NCBI GenBank assembly: GCA_001774395.1
Contig: MEZX01000002.1
Span: forward strand, 29,628-61,845
Direction of reading: 5' to 3'
DNA from: Candidatus Berkelbacteria bacterium RIFCSPLOWO2_01_FULL_50_28
GTDB lineage: Bacteria > Patescibacteriota > UBA1384 > 2-12-FULL-50-11
DNA length: 32,218 nucleotides
Shown: in pieces, positions 9,787-19,155 of the stretch
How positions within the stretch are numbered: the first letter of the stretch is position 1
How the letters are laid out: every line of letters starts with the position of its first letter
Program-made: the position numbers and the translations under genes
Notes under the pieces: model-generated
Told to the model about the DNA's origin: nothing
Seen by the model: only the letters and a program-made list of their open reading frames with translations
The model's database searches: none

Positions 9787-9829
9787 CTAGGCTGAATTTA
9801 ACCTTATTTTCAGGTAAAATGAAAGAACT

Positions 9830-9919
9830 GGAGAGGTCGCATAGTGGCCTAGTGCGCGGGCTTGGAAAGCTCGTGTCGCCGAAAGGTGACCGTGGGTTCG
9901 ACTCCCACCCTCTCCGCCA
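9830..9919 (+). tRNA. tRNA-Ser(GGA)
   Basis: Acceptor GGAGAGG/CCTCTCC plus G-CCA; anticodon arm CGGGC-TTGGAAA-GCTCG; long variable arm GTCGCC-GAAA-GGTGAC; GGTTCGACTCC T-loop. Confidence 0.97.
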
Positions 9920-10021
9920 GTTAGGAAATTGCAATTGCGAAAAAGTAACTATTGCCTATAAGGACAGCAATTTTCCGTAGTATTTTTTAATACTGAAGAG
10001 GGAAAATGTTGCCGTTCTTTG

Positions 10022-10051
10022 TTGACACTCAACCAAGAGTAATGCTAGAAT
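10022..10051 (+). promoter_or_regulatory. sigma70-type promoter
   Basis: TTGACA, 18 nt, TAGAAT with extended -10 TG. Confidence 0.65.
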
Positions 10052-10091
10052 GCGAGCCAGCACATTCCCAAACCAAAAACAGGAGGCAGAG

Positions 10092-10781
10092 ATGCCAAGT
10101 AACACGACAGCTGTGGCGATAAGGTTCGTCGATCTCGCCCTACGGTACAAACAGTGGGATGAGATCCAGACGCTTTCAGAAGACGAGGTCCAAATCCTCT
10201 TCGACACCGTTTCCGCCGCCGGCTTCGATCCGGCAAGAGTCGTCCCGGGGAAACTTCGTGGCCATTATCGCGACCAAGACGGCAGCAGCACGGGAGAAAC
10301 GTACCCGATCAACGGCCTCTGTCCGTTCAAGGTGGTGAGCGGCGACGAGGATGGTGACCACTACTTCGCGACCGGCTGGCTCGACTGCGCGCTTCGGCGT
10401 GTGGTCAACGGCTCAACGCGGCAGAACGAAGGTCGCGAGAAGCTCACCGAAGTGATGGCCGAAGAGATCGAGCGGAGCGTTCCGCTCGAGCCGATCCCTC
10501 TCACACCCGAAGGCGACCTTCTAAGGGAGTACCCGCCGGGCACATGTGGTTACGGGCTCATATACTTCGTCAAGCACACTCGAGACGAGAGCAGCCTAGG
10601 TTCGTGCGTCGGAGTTCACGAGTACTGCGACAACTGGATGGACCGACGGCGAGCAACCAAGACGCATGACGCGCTCGTGTGCCGAGGATGCCACTTGCGG
10701 GTGCTTTTCCCGAAGGAGGTCAAGACCTACGGCGATCTGCGGCAAGTACTCGCGTCTCAGCAAGTTCAATCTCCGGCATAG
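10092..10781 (+). CDS. Hypothetical protein with a possible C-terminal zinc site
   Basis: SD AGGAGG (10081) favours ATG 10092 over 10050. HEYC...CRGC motif; GC-richer than its flanks. Confidence 0.75.
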   Translation: MPSNTTAVAIRFVDLALRYKQWDEIQTLSEDEVQILFDTVSAAGFDPARVVPGKLRGHYRDQDGSSTGETYPINGLCPFKVVSGDEDGDHYFATGWLDCALRRVVNGSTRQNEGREKLTEVMAEEIERSVPLEPIPLTPEGDLLREYPPGTCGYGLIYFVKHTRDESSLGSCVGVHEYCDNWMDRRRATKTHDALVCRGCHLRVLFPKEVKTYGDLRQVLASQQVQSPA

Positions 10782-10805
10782 CCAACGCTCATGTTGGGCA
10801 ACATC

Positions 10806-10842
10806 GGGGCGGGTAAGAGCAGTCTTCCCGCCTCCTTTTTTT
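10806..10842 (+). terminator. Intrinsic terminator
   Basis: GGGCGGGTAAGA-GCAG-TCTTCCCGCCT followed by a T7 run. Confidence 0.75.
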
Positions 10843-10966
10843 AGCTCGATACCACGGAGTGGGTCGTCTGGCATTATCGGCATTGTATTAATGCATATGG
10901 AATCAGTAAGCTGACTGTGATATTTTGGCAGTCAGTTATAGTTAATTAGTAGAAGGGGGCGATAAA

Positions 10967-11128
10967 ATGGAAAAATGCGTAAAGTGCGACAAGGATACGA
11001 TGGGCTATAAGTGCGCGATGTGCGGAGCGGAAGCGGACGAGCATGACGCCAACCACGAGTGCGGCGGCGAACACTGTATGCCAAAGTGCGTTGGTTGCAA
11101 CGAAGCTCAAGCCAAGTGCTCTTGTTAG
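10967..11128 (+). CDS. 53-aa Cys/His-rich metal-binding small protein (not in the ORF track)
   Basis: MEKCVKCDKDTMGYKCAMCGAEADEHDANHECGGEHCMPKCVGCNEAQAKCSC; SD AAGGGGG; upstream -10 TATAGT. Confidence 0.8.
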   Translation: MEKCVKCDKDTMGYKCAMCGAEADEHDANHECGGEHCMPKCVGCNEAQAKCSC

Positions 11129-11215
11129 TCACAAGCTTCAGACGATATAAAAGCAGATAGCTCCTTTTGAAGTCTCGCTCTGGCGAGTATTCAATTGGAC
11201 GATAGGATGGAGATT

Positions 11216-11599
11216 ATGAGCAAAAACCGAGTAGTCCATTTTGAAATTGGGGCGGAAGATCCGGAAAAGTTAGCGGAATATTATAAGAAGGCGTTCGGCT
11301 GGGAGATAAATCAGTGGGCCGATAGCGGTTACTTTATGGTTGGTAAAGAAGAAGATCGAGCCGAGGGAGCGATATTCGGTGGCATTATGAAGCGCTATGA
11401 GAAAGAGAAGACCATCAATACGATTGAGGTCGAAGATCTAGACAAAGCGATCGCTGATGTTGAGTCTAACGGCGGTACAATCGTTAAGCCGAAAGCTTCG
11501 ATGCCGCTCGGCGAAGACGAGGTTATGTGGTGGTGCTACGCCGAGGATCCGCAGGGCAACATCTTTGGCCTGATGCAGATGGTCAAACACAGCAAGTAA
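11216..11599 (+). CDS. VOC/glyoxalase family protein
   Basis: VVHFEI..D.E....YY..AFGW, VEDLDKA...VE.NGG.IVKPK, DPQGNIFGL. Start is ATG 11216 or 11207. Confidence 0.9.
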   Translation: MSKNRVVHFEIGAEDPEKLAEYYKKAFGWEINQWADSGYFMVGKEEDRAEGAIFGGIMKRYEKEKTINTIEVEDLDKAIADVESNGGTIVKPKASMPLGEDEVMWWCYAEDPQGNIFGLMQMVKHSK

Positions 11600-11602
11600 C
11601 TC

Positions 11603-12181
11603 ATGGCAACTGGTCGCTGCTCTTGGCCGGGTACAAACCCGCTAATGGTCAAGTACCACGACGAGGAGTGGGGCGTGCCGTGCCACGACGACCGGAAATT
11701 GTTTGAATATATTGTGCTCGATACCTTCCAGGCCGGTTTGTCCTGGGCGATTGTTCTGAATAAACGCGAAAACTTCCGTAAGGCCTTCGATAATTTCGAC
11801 CCAAATAAAATTGCCAATTATGGGTTTAAACCCGTACAGGAATTAGAGAGCGATGCGGGAATAATTCGTAATAAACTGAAAATTCGGGCGACAGTGACGA
11901 ACGCCCAGGCGTTTTTGGCCGTTCAGAAAGAGTTCGGTAGTTTTGATAAGTACATTTGGGGCTTCGTTAATGGTAAACCAATTGTTAATCACCATCAAAA
12001 AGACTCCGACATCGGCGCTACTTCCCCCCAATCCGACGAGATGAGCATCGACCTAAAAAGACGCGGCTTCAAGTTCGTCGGCTCAACAATTTGCTACGCT
12101 TTTATGCAGGGTGCTGGGCTGGTCAACGACCATATCATCAACTGCTTCAGGCATGAAGCCGTAATACAGGGCAAAAAATGA
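11603..12181 (+). CDS. tag: DNA-3-methyladenine glycosylase I
   Basis: RCSW, YHDEEWG, FQAGLSW, GIIRNKLKI, GFKFVG, HxxxC zinc site. Confidence 0.95.
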   Translation: MATGRCSWPGTNPLMVKYHDEEWGVPCHDDRKLFEYIVLDTFQAGLSWAIVLNKRENFRKAFDNFDPNKIANYGFKPVQELESDAGIIRNKLKIRATVTNAQAFLAVQKEFGSFDKYIWGFVNGKPIVNHHQKDSDIGATSPQSDEMSIDLKRRGFKFVGSTICYAFMQGAGLVNDHIINCFRHEAVIQGKK

Positions 12182-12248
12182 AAAAGAGTATAATAGGGGC
12201 ACTAATAGGTAGGCGTTCTTAAAGTTATAATGTAAAAAAGGAGGGTGG

Positions 12249-14561
12249 ATGGACTTTGGGCTCAAAAAAAAGTCTGTGGGCTGGTTGTTTCCAGGCGGTG
12301 TCTTAATTGTAACCATATTGCTTGTGATGAGTTCAAGCGGGGTTTCTTTTGCAGGCAGTCCGAAGCCAACACGCCCGTCTCTAGATACTCCGAACCTGCC
12401 GTCTAGTATCCAAGAGGCAATCAAGTTACGCCAGTCCAAGGACGCTCCAAAAAAGGGTTACGTCGACGGCGAAATCATCGTCAAATGGGAAGATAAGGAG
12501 ATCGACGTCAGCTCGCCAATAGGGCGAGTTAAGTCGAACTTTGTCGCGATTTCCGAACACACGTCCGAGCTCAGGGTTATAAAGGGGGCAAACTCAACGT
12601 TAGTAAAAATCGAGGATGGCCGATCGATTAAAGACAAAATCACCGCTCTGGAGGCCAACCCGAACGTCTCATACGCGCAACCGAACTACCGTTATTGGCC
12701 GATGGCGGCCGTTAATGACACTTACTTTGCCCGTCAATGGGGTCTGAACAATACAGGACAGACGGTCAATGGCTTCGTTGGCACCTCAGACGCCGATATT
12801 GATATGCCCGAGGCCTGGGCCCTGGAAACCTCTGCCTGGACAAACACCGATGTAGCCGTTATCGACACCGGAATTCTCTACAACCACCCTGACTTAATAA
12901 ACAATATCGACCAGATCAAAAGCTACGATTTTGAAGACGAAGACAACACCCCCGACGATCCGCTGGATATCAACGGCGGCGGCCATGGGACGCACGTTGC
13001 GGGGATAGTCGCCGCTCAGTCTAACAACACAACCGGGGTAAGCGGCATGAGTAAGTACAATAATCTTAAGCTGATGGTCTTAAAGACCGACTACACAACC
13101 GCCCAATTGGTGATGGCAATAAATTACGCTGGCAATAACGGGGTAAAAGTAATTAACGCCAGTTGGGGCTGTGTTGACCCAGATCTGGGCGGCAGCCAAA
13201 TGCCCTGCGGTGCGATTCCGGGCTACGACTACAACGACGGGGCCTTGAGTGCTTCCATCACCGCCTTCCCAGGAATCTTTGTTGCGGCAGCCGGCAACGG
13301 CAACGGTGATGGTGACGCAGAAGGTGATGATCACGACGATCCAGCAGAGTACAACGCTTATCCATGTGACTTGGCGGCGACCAACATCATCTGCGTCGCG
13401 GCGACAGACGAGGATGACGCCAAATCCAGCTACTCAGACTTCAGCGTCACAACGGTTGACGTCGGAGCTCCCGGGGGAAATGCCAACAGCAATCTTTACA
13501 GCACTTATCCCAGAGCTGGCACCGCATTCATCGAACCTTTCGAGCTAGAGGGTGGCAACCCCTTGGTGCCGCCTTCAGTGGGAGATCAGCTGACAGAAGA
13601 AGGAGCTGACAACTGGTGGGGAACTCTATTTGATGGGGACGTAAACTGGCTATGGAGTGATTACTTTCACGCAAACTATCTACCGAACATGAACAACTCG
13701 GTGGTCTCCGATGCGATCAACACGTCAAGCAGTTATATCTACGCCGTTCGCTTAATGGCGTATATCACCTGTGACACAGAGAATACCGACCCTTACGGTG
13801 CCACCAGCGACTACGTCGCGTTGGAAGCATACGACGGGGCGAACTGGACGGATGTGAATCGCTATAACTCGAACTCTCTGGTTGGCGCCTTCCCGTCAGT
13901 TAATTTGATATCGGAAGATCTGACGCCGTTTAGAAACGCCAACCTTAAGTTTCGCTTGCGATGGGTGAGCGATGCCGACGCCGACGACGGGTTTGGTTGC
14001 GCGTTGTGGCCACTTGCAGTTTACTCTCACAGCATGAGCAGCGCTTATAACTACCTAGCAGGCACTTCGATGGCGGCGCCGCATGTGGCTGGTCTGGCCG
14101 GAATGCTTTGGAGCTTCAAGCCAAGCCTAACGATCGCCCAGGTTAAAAGCGCCATCCTTACCAAGGGCGATAGCAAGGCTGGCCTCGCTGGCAAAACCAC
14201 AACCGGAAGGAGAATCAACGCCTACAAATCTTTGGCATCGTTGGATACCACCGCACCTGGCGGCACTTCAATAAAAATAAACAACGGCGCCTCTACTACC
14301 CGCTCCAGGCTGACTAAGCTGTACCTAGGGGCAACCGACACTGGGGGGTTTGGACTGTACCGGATGAGGTTCTCCAATAACGGGACGACCAAATGGAGCA
14401 GCTGGGTGACTTACGCCACTACCTATTCGAACTGGAATATCACCAGCTCCACCTACGGCGGCACTGCAAGCAGGGGAACAAAGAAAGTGTACGTCCAGTT
14501 CAAAGATAAAATTGGCAATACATCAACTAAAAAATACGACACTATCTACTACAACCCTTAA
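12249..14561 (+). CDS. Exported S8 (subtilisin-like) serine peptidase with propeptide, inserted beta domain and C-terminal Ig-like domain
   Basis: N-terminal hydrophobic signal; YAQPNY; triad AVIDTG / HGTHVAG / GTSMAAPHVAG; oxyanion AAGN. Confidence 0.93.
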   Translation: MDFGLKKKSVGWLFPGGVLIVTILLVMSSSGVSFAGSPKPTRPSLDTPNLPSSIQEAIKLRQSKDAPKKGYVDGEIIVKWEDKEIDVSSPIGRVKSNFVAISEHTSELRVIKGANSTLVKIEDGRSIKDKITALEANPNVSYAQPNYRYWPMAAVNDTYFARQWGLNNTGQTVNGFVGTSDADIDMPEAWALETSAWTNTDVAVIDTGILYNHPDLINNIDQIKSYDFEDEDNTPDDPLDINGGGHGTHVAGIVAAQSNNTTGVSGMSKYNNLKLMVLKTDYTTAQLVMAINYAGNNGVKVINASWGCVDPDLGGSQMPCGAIPGYDYNDGALSASITAFPGIFVAAAGNGNGDGDAEGDDHDDPAEYNAYPCDLAATNIICVAATDEDDAKSSYSDFSVTTVDVGAPGGNANSNLYSTYPRAGTAFIEPFELEGGNPLVPPSVGDQLTEEGADNWWGTLFDGDVNWLWSDYFHANYLPNMNNSVVSDAINTSSSYIYAVRLMAYITCDTENTDPYGATSDYVALEAYDGANWTDVNRYNSNSLVGAFPSVNLISEDLTPFRNANLKFRLRWVSDADADDGFGCALWPLAVYSHSMSSAYNYLAGTSMAAPHVAGLAGMLWSFKPSLTIAQVKSAILTKGDSKAGLAGKTTTGRRINAYKSLASLDTTAPGGTSIKINNGASTTRSRLTKLYLGATDTGGFGLYRMRFSNNGTTKWSSWVTYATTYSNWNITSSTYGGTASRGTKKVYVQFKDKIGNTSTKKYDTIYYNP

Positions 14562-14635
14562 GCCAGTCCGCTAGAATAAAAAAGGCCCCAACGACGGCAA
14601 CTGGGCAGCTTATCAAAAGCTACGGGGCGAAAAAG

Positions 14636-14710
14636 GATGGCCCAAAAGATTCTGACGGCAAAAGATACTGTGTTAACTCGGCCTCGCTTGACTTCAAGCC
14701 CAGACGCTAG
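14636..14710 (+). pseudogene. msrB: Orphan 3' remnant of methionine-R-sulfoxide reductase
   Basis: Translates to DGPKDSDGKRYCVNSASLDFKPRR*, matching the MsrB C-terminal DGP..G.RYC(I/V)NS motif. No HLGHVF motif and no start upstream. Confidence 0.8.
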
Positions 14711-17700
14711 GTTTTTTCTGGTGTAGCTGTCTCTCGGTTGTTTTTCCAGATGAGATTAATGCTATCTAAATTGTACGTCGGGCTACAAGAAAACTGACGG
14801 GGGTTGGCAAAGTCGTACTGCTCTCGTCCCTGTTCATCAATCTGTTCGTCCATTGCCCTTTCAAATAAACCACCAGTTCGGTTAGTTCGAATAGTTCCAT
14901 TTGTCGAGACACCGACCATATCAAAATTATTAGTGGCGGCAAATTCTGTTACTACTTGACTTAAACCTCGGTAGATTGAAGCTTCATCGGTCGTTTGTAA
15001 ATAGCCTTGAGCGGGATTAAATGAGGCCGTGAGTATCTTTTTACCATCTGGTTCCGTAAAGTGATGGAGCAATACTAAACCTTGGCAACGCATCGTCTCC
15101 GGATCATGCAAAACCAACTGAATGTAATTTGGCATCTCCCAAATGTTGACGCGCTCAAGTTCAGGTTTTGGGTTGTCTTGGGCAACACAAACTCCTCCAA
15201 CCATTCGTGCGAGGGCACTTTCCTTTGTTTTCGAAAAACTTCCGATGAGTTTTTTGGCTTGCGCTCCAGAGCTTGATTCAAATTGGTCTAAAGACGCTTC
15301 CGTTCGACTCAATCGGGCGTTACCGATTCTGACGCTTTGTTGGGAAAGATAGCTATAATAGCTTTCGGGGCTAAAGTCACCCAAATCTTGCGCCTCTTCA
15401 TAAGCCAGTGAGAGCAGTAACTCATTATCAACCCGAGTCAGAGGGATTGCTTCAGCAGACTCGGTGTCGATAAACTCGCCGAGAACACGATCCGTTGCCT
15501 GGCGACGAGACCTCAGCATACCGTAAACTTGTTTAGTCCGAGATTTGGCTGAAATGCTTTTCTCGGCTCCGAAACGACCAGTCGCCCTCTCATACCGTTC
15601 AATTAGTTTAGCGATACGGGCATTAACTGCTTCTTCACCAAGCTCAGTTCGATAGCTGCCCAATTGCTCCTTGCCGTAAAGACGTTCACCAATCTGTTGA
15701 ACGAAGGCAGGGCTAATCCCAAATTTACCCTGCATTCGATTAATAACGTCTGCCCGATTCGTTTGTTGCGCCTTTTCTTGTCGAGAAACAAAACGTTGTT
15801 GGAAGTAGCTTTCAAGGTCTGGATTACTGGCGACGGCCTGAAAAACGTTACGCAGAGCCTCTTTGCGATGATCAAAGGCTAAAGCGTGGTATTCGGTCAG
15901 TAACGAATAAGTCGGATTAGGAGATTGAGCGCATCGGCTTTCGATCCCAGTAATCGCATTCTGGTGATCACCAAAGGTCAGCAGTGAGTATCGCCAAATT
16001 ATCTCTTCCAAAGCCGTTGCCCCAAGCTCTGCTTCGCCACCGGCCTGAAGCGCAATTAGCACTGCCAGTTTGTTCTCGTTGGTTTCTAGCTGGTTTGCTG
16101 GAAGCAACTCACTCGGAAGAGAAGCTAGCAACTGATCAATTTGAGCATTAAGGCCTTCCGCTAACTGATCCGGACTCTCGGCAGCCAGGGTCTTTAATTC
16201 TTCCGAGAATACGTCAGCTTCAGCTTCGATCGAGGCTCTATCTGCCCCTTCCTTATATTTCACCGAGCCCGCCTCTAAAGTATTGATCACATAAACCTCA
16301 TCTTTTTTAAAAGGTTCTAAGTCTTCCAGACGATCCGGACAATGTGTAACGGTTGTTTCAAAGTCGCCATAGTTTCTGGCGTTATTTTGAAAAACATGGT
16401 GCAGTAATTCACGATAATACGGCTTATCTCTTTGGGTTTGACTCATCGGCTTGTCCCCAAGAGCCCCTTCAAGAAAACTCTGTAACTGGGCAAAATAGAC
16501 CTTTTCAGTATGGTCTTTGCGAGCGAGGAGGTAACCAGCCATTAATTCAGGACCAATTATGCGAAAATGCTTTAAGAATTCTAGAACACTGCCACGGTCA
16601 TCGCGACTGATGATCTCTTTTTTAAGACACTCCCCGTAACCGGAAATTATTTCTTGGGCTGCGTTACCGTACTGGCCCAAGATATTGGCAATAAAATCAA
16701 CATCCTTTTCATTATTGATAAATACCGGAAAATCTTCCTTAATTGCTCGTAGAACTTGACCATTTTTCTTATCAAATAAGAGCGGGCAACGATCGGGCAA
16801 CTTGAGTAACAATTGGGTCTCAGGCTCAAGGTGTCTCGCTAAATAATACTGACGGAGAGTTTCATCCTTAAGAGCATTTTCATCACGAAGAAGAAACCCA
16901 ACTAACCCTTCTTTTTCTAGCTCATCGCAACGTTCTTGAAATTTAGGATCAGAATAGCGAGCTTTAAGGCCGTTGAATTCATCGAAATTATCAAATAACT
17001 GACGACTACCGTTAGAAAGCTCGGTAATAATCACCTCCTTTTCAAGAGAAGTGCATTGAGCCTGGAATTCTTCGTCAGGGAACCGGGCTTTAAGTGTATC
17101 CAGTGCCGAAGGGACAGTTAATAGTAGCCCACCACCAGTTTTCAAATGCTCGATTACCGCGCGGCGTTCTAACTCTACGCAACGCGACTGAAATTCTGGA
17201 TCAGGGAAGTTAGCCTTAAGATTGTCAATTTTTTCCGAGCTTGTAACGAATTCATTGAAGCTATTTTCCAGATAGCTTAAGACCCCCCTCTTGACAATTC
17301 GCTCCAAATGACCTTGAAACTCTTGATCCGGATAACGGGCTTTGAGGCTATCAAATGCTGTTGGATCCCCTAGAAGCTTGAGAAAATCTTTCTGAATGTA
17401 ACTTATGGCGGCGTTCCTCTCTTCTTTAGCTAGTTGAGCCTGAAATTCGGGGTCTGGAAAGCGAGCTTTAACGGCATCGAAGTCTGCCTGAGTAGCTAAG
17501 ATTGTGAAGAAATGGGTATCGATATAGCTAAGGAGAGCTTGTTTTTCGATTTGGGTACATCGCTCTTGAAACTCTGTGTCCTCTGGATAGCGAGCTTTAA
17601 GCGCGTCGATCGTCTCCGCATTGGTGTAAATGCTTGATGAATTCTCGAAAGTTTCAGCTACCTTCTCCTGCTCTAAACGAATACATTGAGCTTGGAATTC

Positions 17701-19089
17701 GGCATCGGGAAATCTAGTTTTAAGACTATCAAAACGTTCAAGATCATAAGACAAACCATATAAGCTAGTATAATTTTCTTTCAGATTGCCAAGTATTGCC
17801 AATCGTTGTAACTCAACTATTTCCTCTCTGCCGACCTTTCCGTTGGCAATGGTCTCCTCGATCATTTTGGTGTAATACACATCCTCACTCAGGAGGACGG
17901 CTTTTCCTCCATCAAGGGTTCGGTTAATTTTCTCTTCCTCCCGTTGATCTCTTTTGTAATGAATAACTCTATGCGGAATCAGTTTATGATCGCCCCAACG
18001 CAGAGTCGTGTTGAAATTTTTTGTCATTGCTTCCCAGGTGGGGGAAACAACATCTTCGTTCCAATCCAGCAATTGTCTCAAACGTCCCTGCATAACCGCT
18101 CGCTCGACAGCGTTTAAATTATTATTATCAAACATTGCCTGTTGCCAGAGAACTTGATAACGATCTTGAGCGAGGCTAAGAAAACGACCGTAAACACCCG
18201 CTACTAGATCACCTGCTAATCGACCATCAGTCTCTGCCAGTGCATACGAACCGCGATCGGGCAGATTGCTAATTCCTCCGCGCTTAAACTTAATTGACGA
18301 AACTTTACTGGTTTTATGATAATCGTCTTTGGCTTTTCTTGATTGACCCCAGGCTCTGGTAAATGGGATCAGGTCTTTGGCACGTTCGGAAGTTGGCCGT
18401 TTATCTCTTGCGAAAAATTCATCATTAACTGTTCGTTTACGGCTCTCGAATATTTCACCAGGTTTGAGCGGCGGTAAACCGAGTTTCAGCATCTCCGCGT
18501 TATCTCGATTCCATTCGGCTTGCCCCATGGCGGCGTAATAACGATTTTCTAAGATTTCTAGCTTAGTTAAGCCACTATCATATTCCCTGACAACCTCTCT
18601 TATTCTTAGGGCTAATTTACTAATATCCTCAGTGGCGTCGACAGCATTCTCGGTTTGAATTTGATCTAACTCTTCCTTGAGAGCAACAAGCTGGGGACGA
18701 AGATTTTCAAGATGTGCTTTGGTTTGTTGCCAGGCTTCCTGTGAACTATCGGCTTCTTTTATGGCCAAAGCCTCATCTAAATTCACTAAAGCGGCCTTTT
18801 GCTCGGTATTGTTTTGGTTGACTACTTCGGAATTATAGTGGATCTCGGGAATAGCAGTGAGGGTAGCAAATATTTCCTTCGAACGTTCAATGATTTGAGC
18901 AACCTCTTGAGAGAGCGTCGGAGGCTTTGGAGATGATTTTTCTTCGTTCTTCTCCAATCCTATCTGGTCGTCTTTTCCTACCGTCGGCTCCATGTTAGTG
19001 GTAGGTTCTATCTCGGGTTTAGGTGGTTCTTCAGTAACCACCACTACTTGATTTTCTACTTCTAAATCAGGACCGGGTCTTTCAGGCAT
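14707..19089 (-). CDS. Large hypothetical protein (1460 aa) with seven ~42-aa internal repeats
   Basis: Long ORF; repeat core DxLKAR(F/Y)PDxEFQ; extended -10 TGaTATTAT 6 nt upstream of ATG. Confidence 0.85.
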   Translation of the reverse strand: MPERPGPDLEVENQVVVVTEEPPKPEIEPTTNMEPTVGKDDQIGLEKNEEKSSPKPPTLSQEVAQIIERSKEIFATLTAIPEIHYNSEVVNQNNTEQKAALVNLDEALAIKEADSSQEAWQQTKAHLENLRPQLVALKEELDQIQTENAVDATEDISKLALRIREVVREYDSGLTKLEILENRYYAAMGQAEWNRDNAEMLKLGLPPLKPGEIFESRKRTVNDEFFARDKRPTSERAKDLIPFTRAWGQSRKAKDDYHKTSKVSSIKFKRGGISNLPDRGSYALAETDGRLAGDLVAGVYGRFLSLAQDRYQVLWQQAMFDNNNLNAVERAVMQGRLRQLLDWNEDVVSPTWEAMTKNFNTTLRWGDHKLIPHRVIHYKRDQREEEKINRTLDGGKAVLLSEDVYYTKMIEETIANGKVGREEIVELQRLAILGNLKENYTSLYGLSYDLERFDSLKTRFPDAEFQAQCIRLEQEKVAETFENSSSIYTNAETIDALKARYPEDTEFQERCTQIEKQALLSYIDTHFFTILATQADFDAVKARFPDPEFQAQLAKEERNAAISYIQKDFLKLLGDPTAFDSLKARYPDQEFQGHLERIVKRGVLSYLENSFNEFVTSSEKIDNLKANFPDPEFQSRCVELERRAVIEHLKTGGGLLLTVPSALDTLKARFPDEEFQAQCTSLEKEVIITELSNGSRQLFDNFDEFNGLKARYSDPKFQERCDELEKEGLVGFLLRDENALKDETLRQYYLARHLEPETQLLLKLPDRCPLLFDKKNGQVLRAIKEDFPVFINNEKDVDFIANILGQYGNAAQEIISGYGECLKKEIISRDDRGSVLEFLKHFRIIGPELMAGYLLARKDHTEKVYFAQLQSFLEGALGDKPMSQTQRDKPYYRELLHHVFQNNARNYGDFETTVTHCPDRLEDLEPFKKDEVYVINTLEAGSVKYKEGADRASIEAEADVFSEELKTLAAESPDQLAEGLNAQIDQLLASLPSELLPANQLETNENKLAVLIALQAGGEAELGATALEEIIWRYSLLTFGDHQNAITGIESRCAQSPNPTYSLLTEYHALAFDHRKEALRNVFQAVASNPDLESYFQQRFVSRQEKAQQTNRADVINRMQGKFGISPAFVQQIGERLYGKEQLGSYRTELGEEAVNARIAKLIERYERATGRFGAEKSISAKSRTKQVYGMLRSRRQATDRVLGEFIDTESAEAIPLTRVDNELLLSLAYEEAQDLGDFSPESYYSYLSQQSVRIGNARLSRTEASLDQFESSSGAQAKKLIGSFSKTKESALARMVGGVCVAQDNPKPELERVNIWEMPNYIQLVLHDPETMRCQGLVLLHHFTEPDGKKILTASFNPAQGYLQTTDEASIYRGLSQVVTEFAATNNFDMVGVSTNGTIRTNRTGGLFERAMDEQIDEQGREQYDFANPRQFSCSPTYNLDSINLIWKNNRETATPEKT

Positions 19090-19155
19090 GATTCCATAAT
19101 ATCACCTAAACAAAGGTGACGGAGACTTTATAAATAATTGCTCTTTAGCGGTGCT

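Noticed and set aside
9920-10020. attC/integron cassette site
   Set aside because: No RYYYAAC...GTTRRRY pair bounding the hairpin, no repeated sites and no IntI.
9830-14700. Integrative element at tRNA-Ser
   Set aside because: No integrase and no duplicated tRNA 3' end (att) found in the window.
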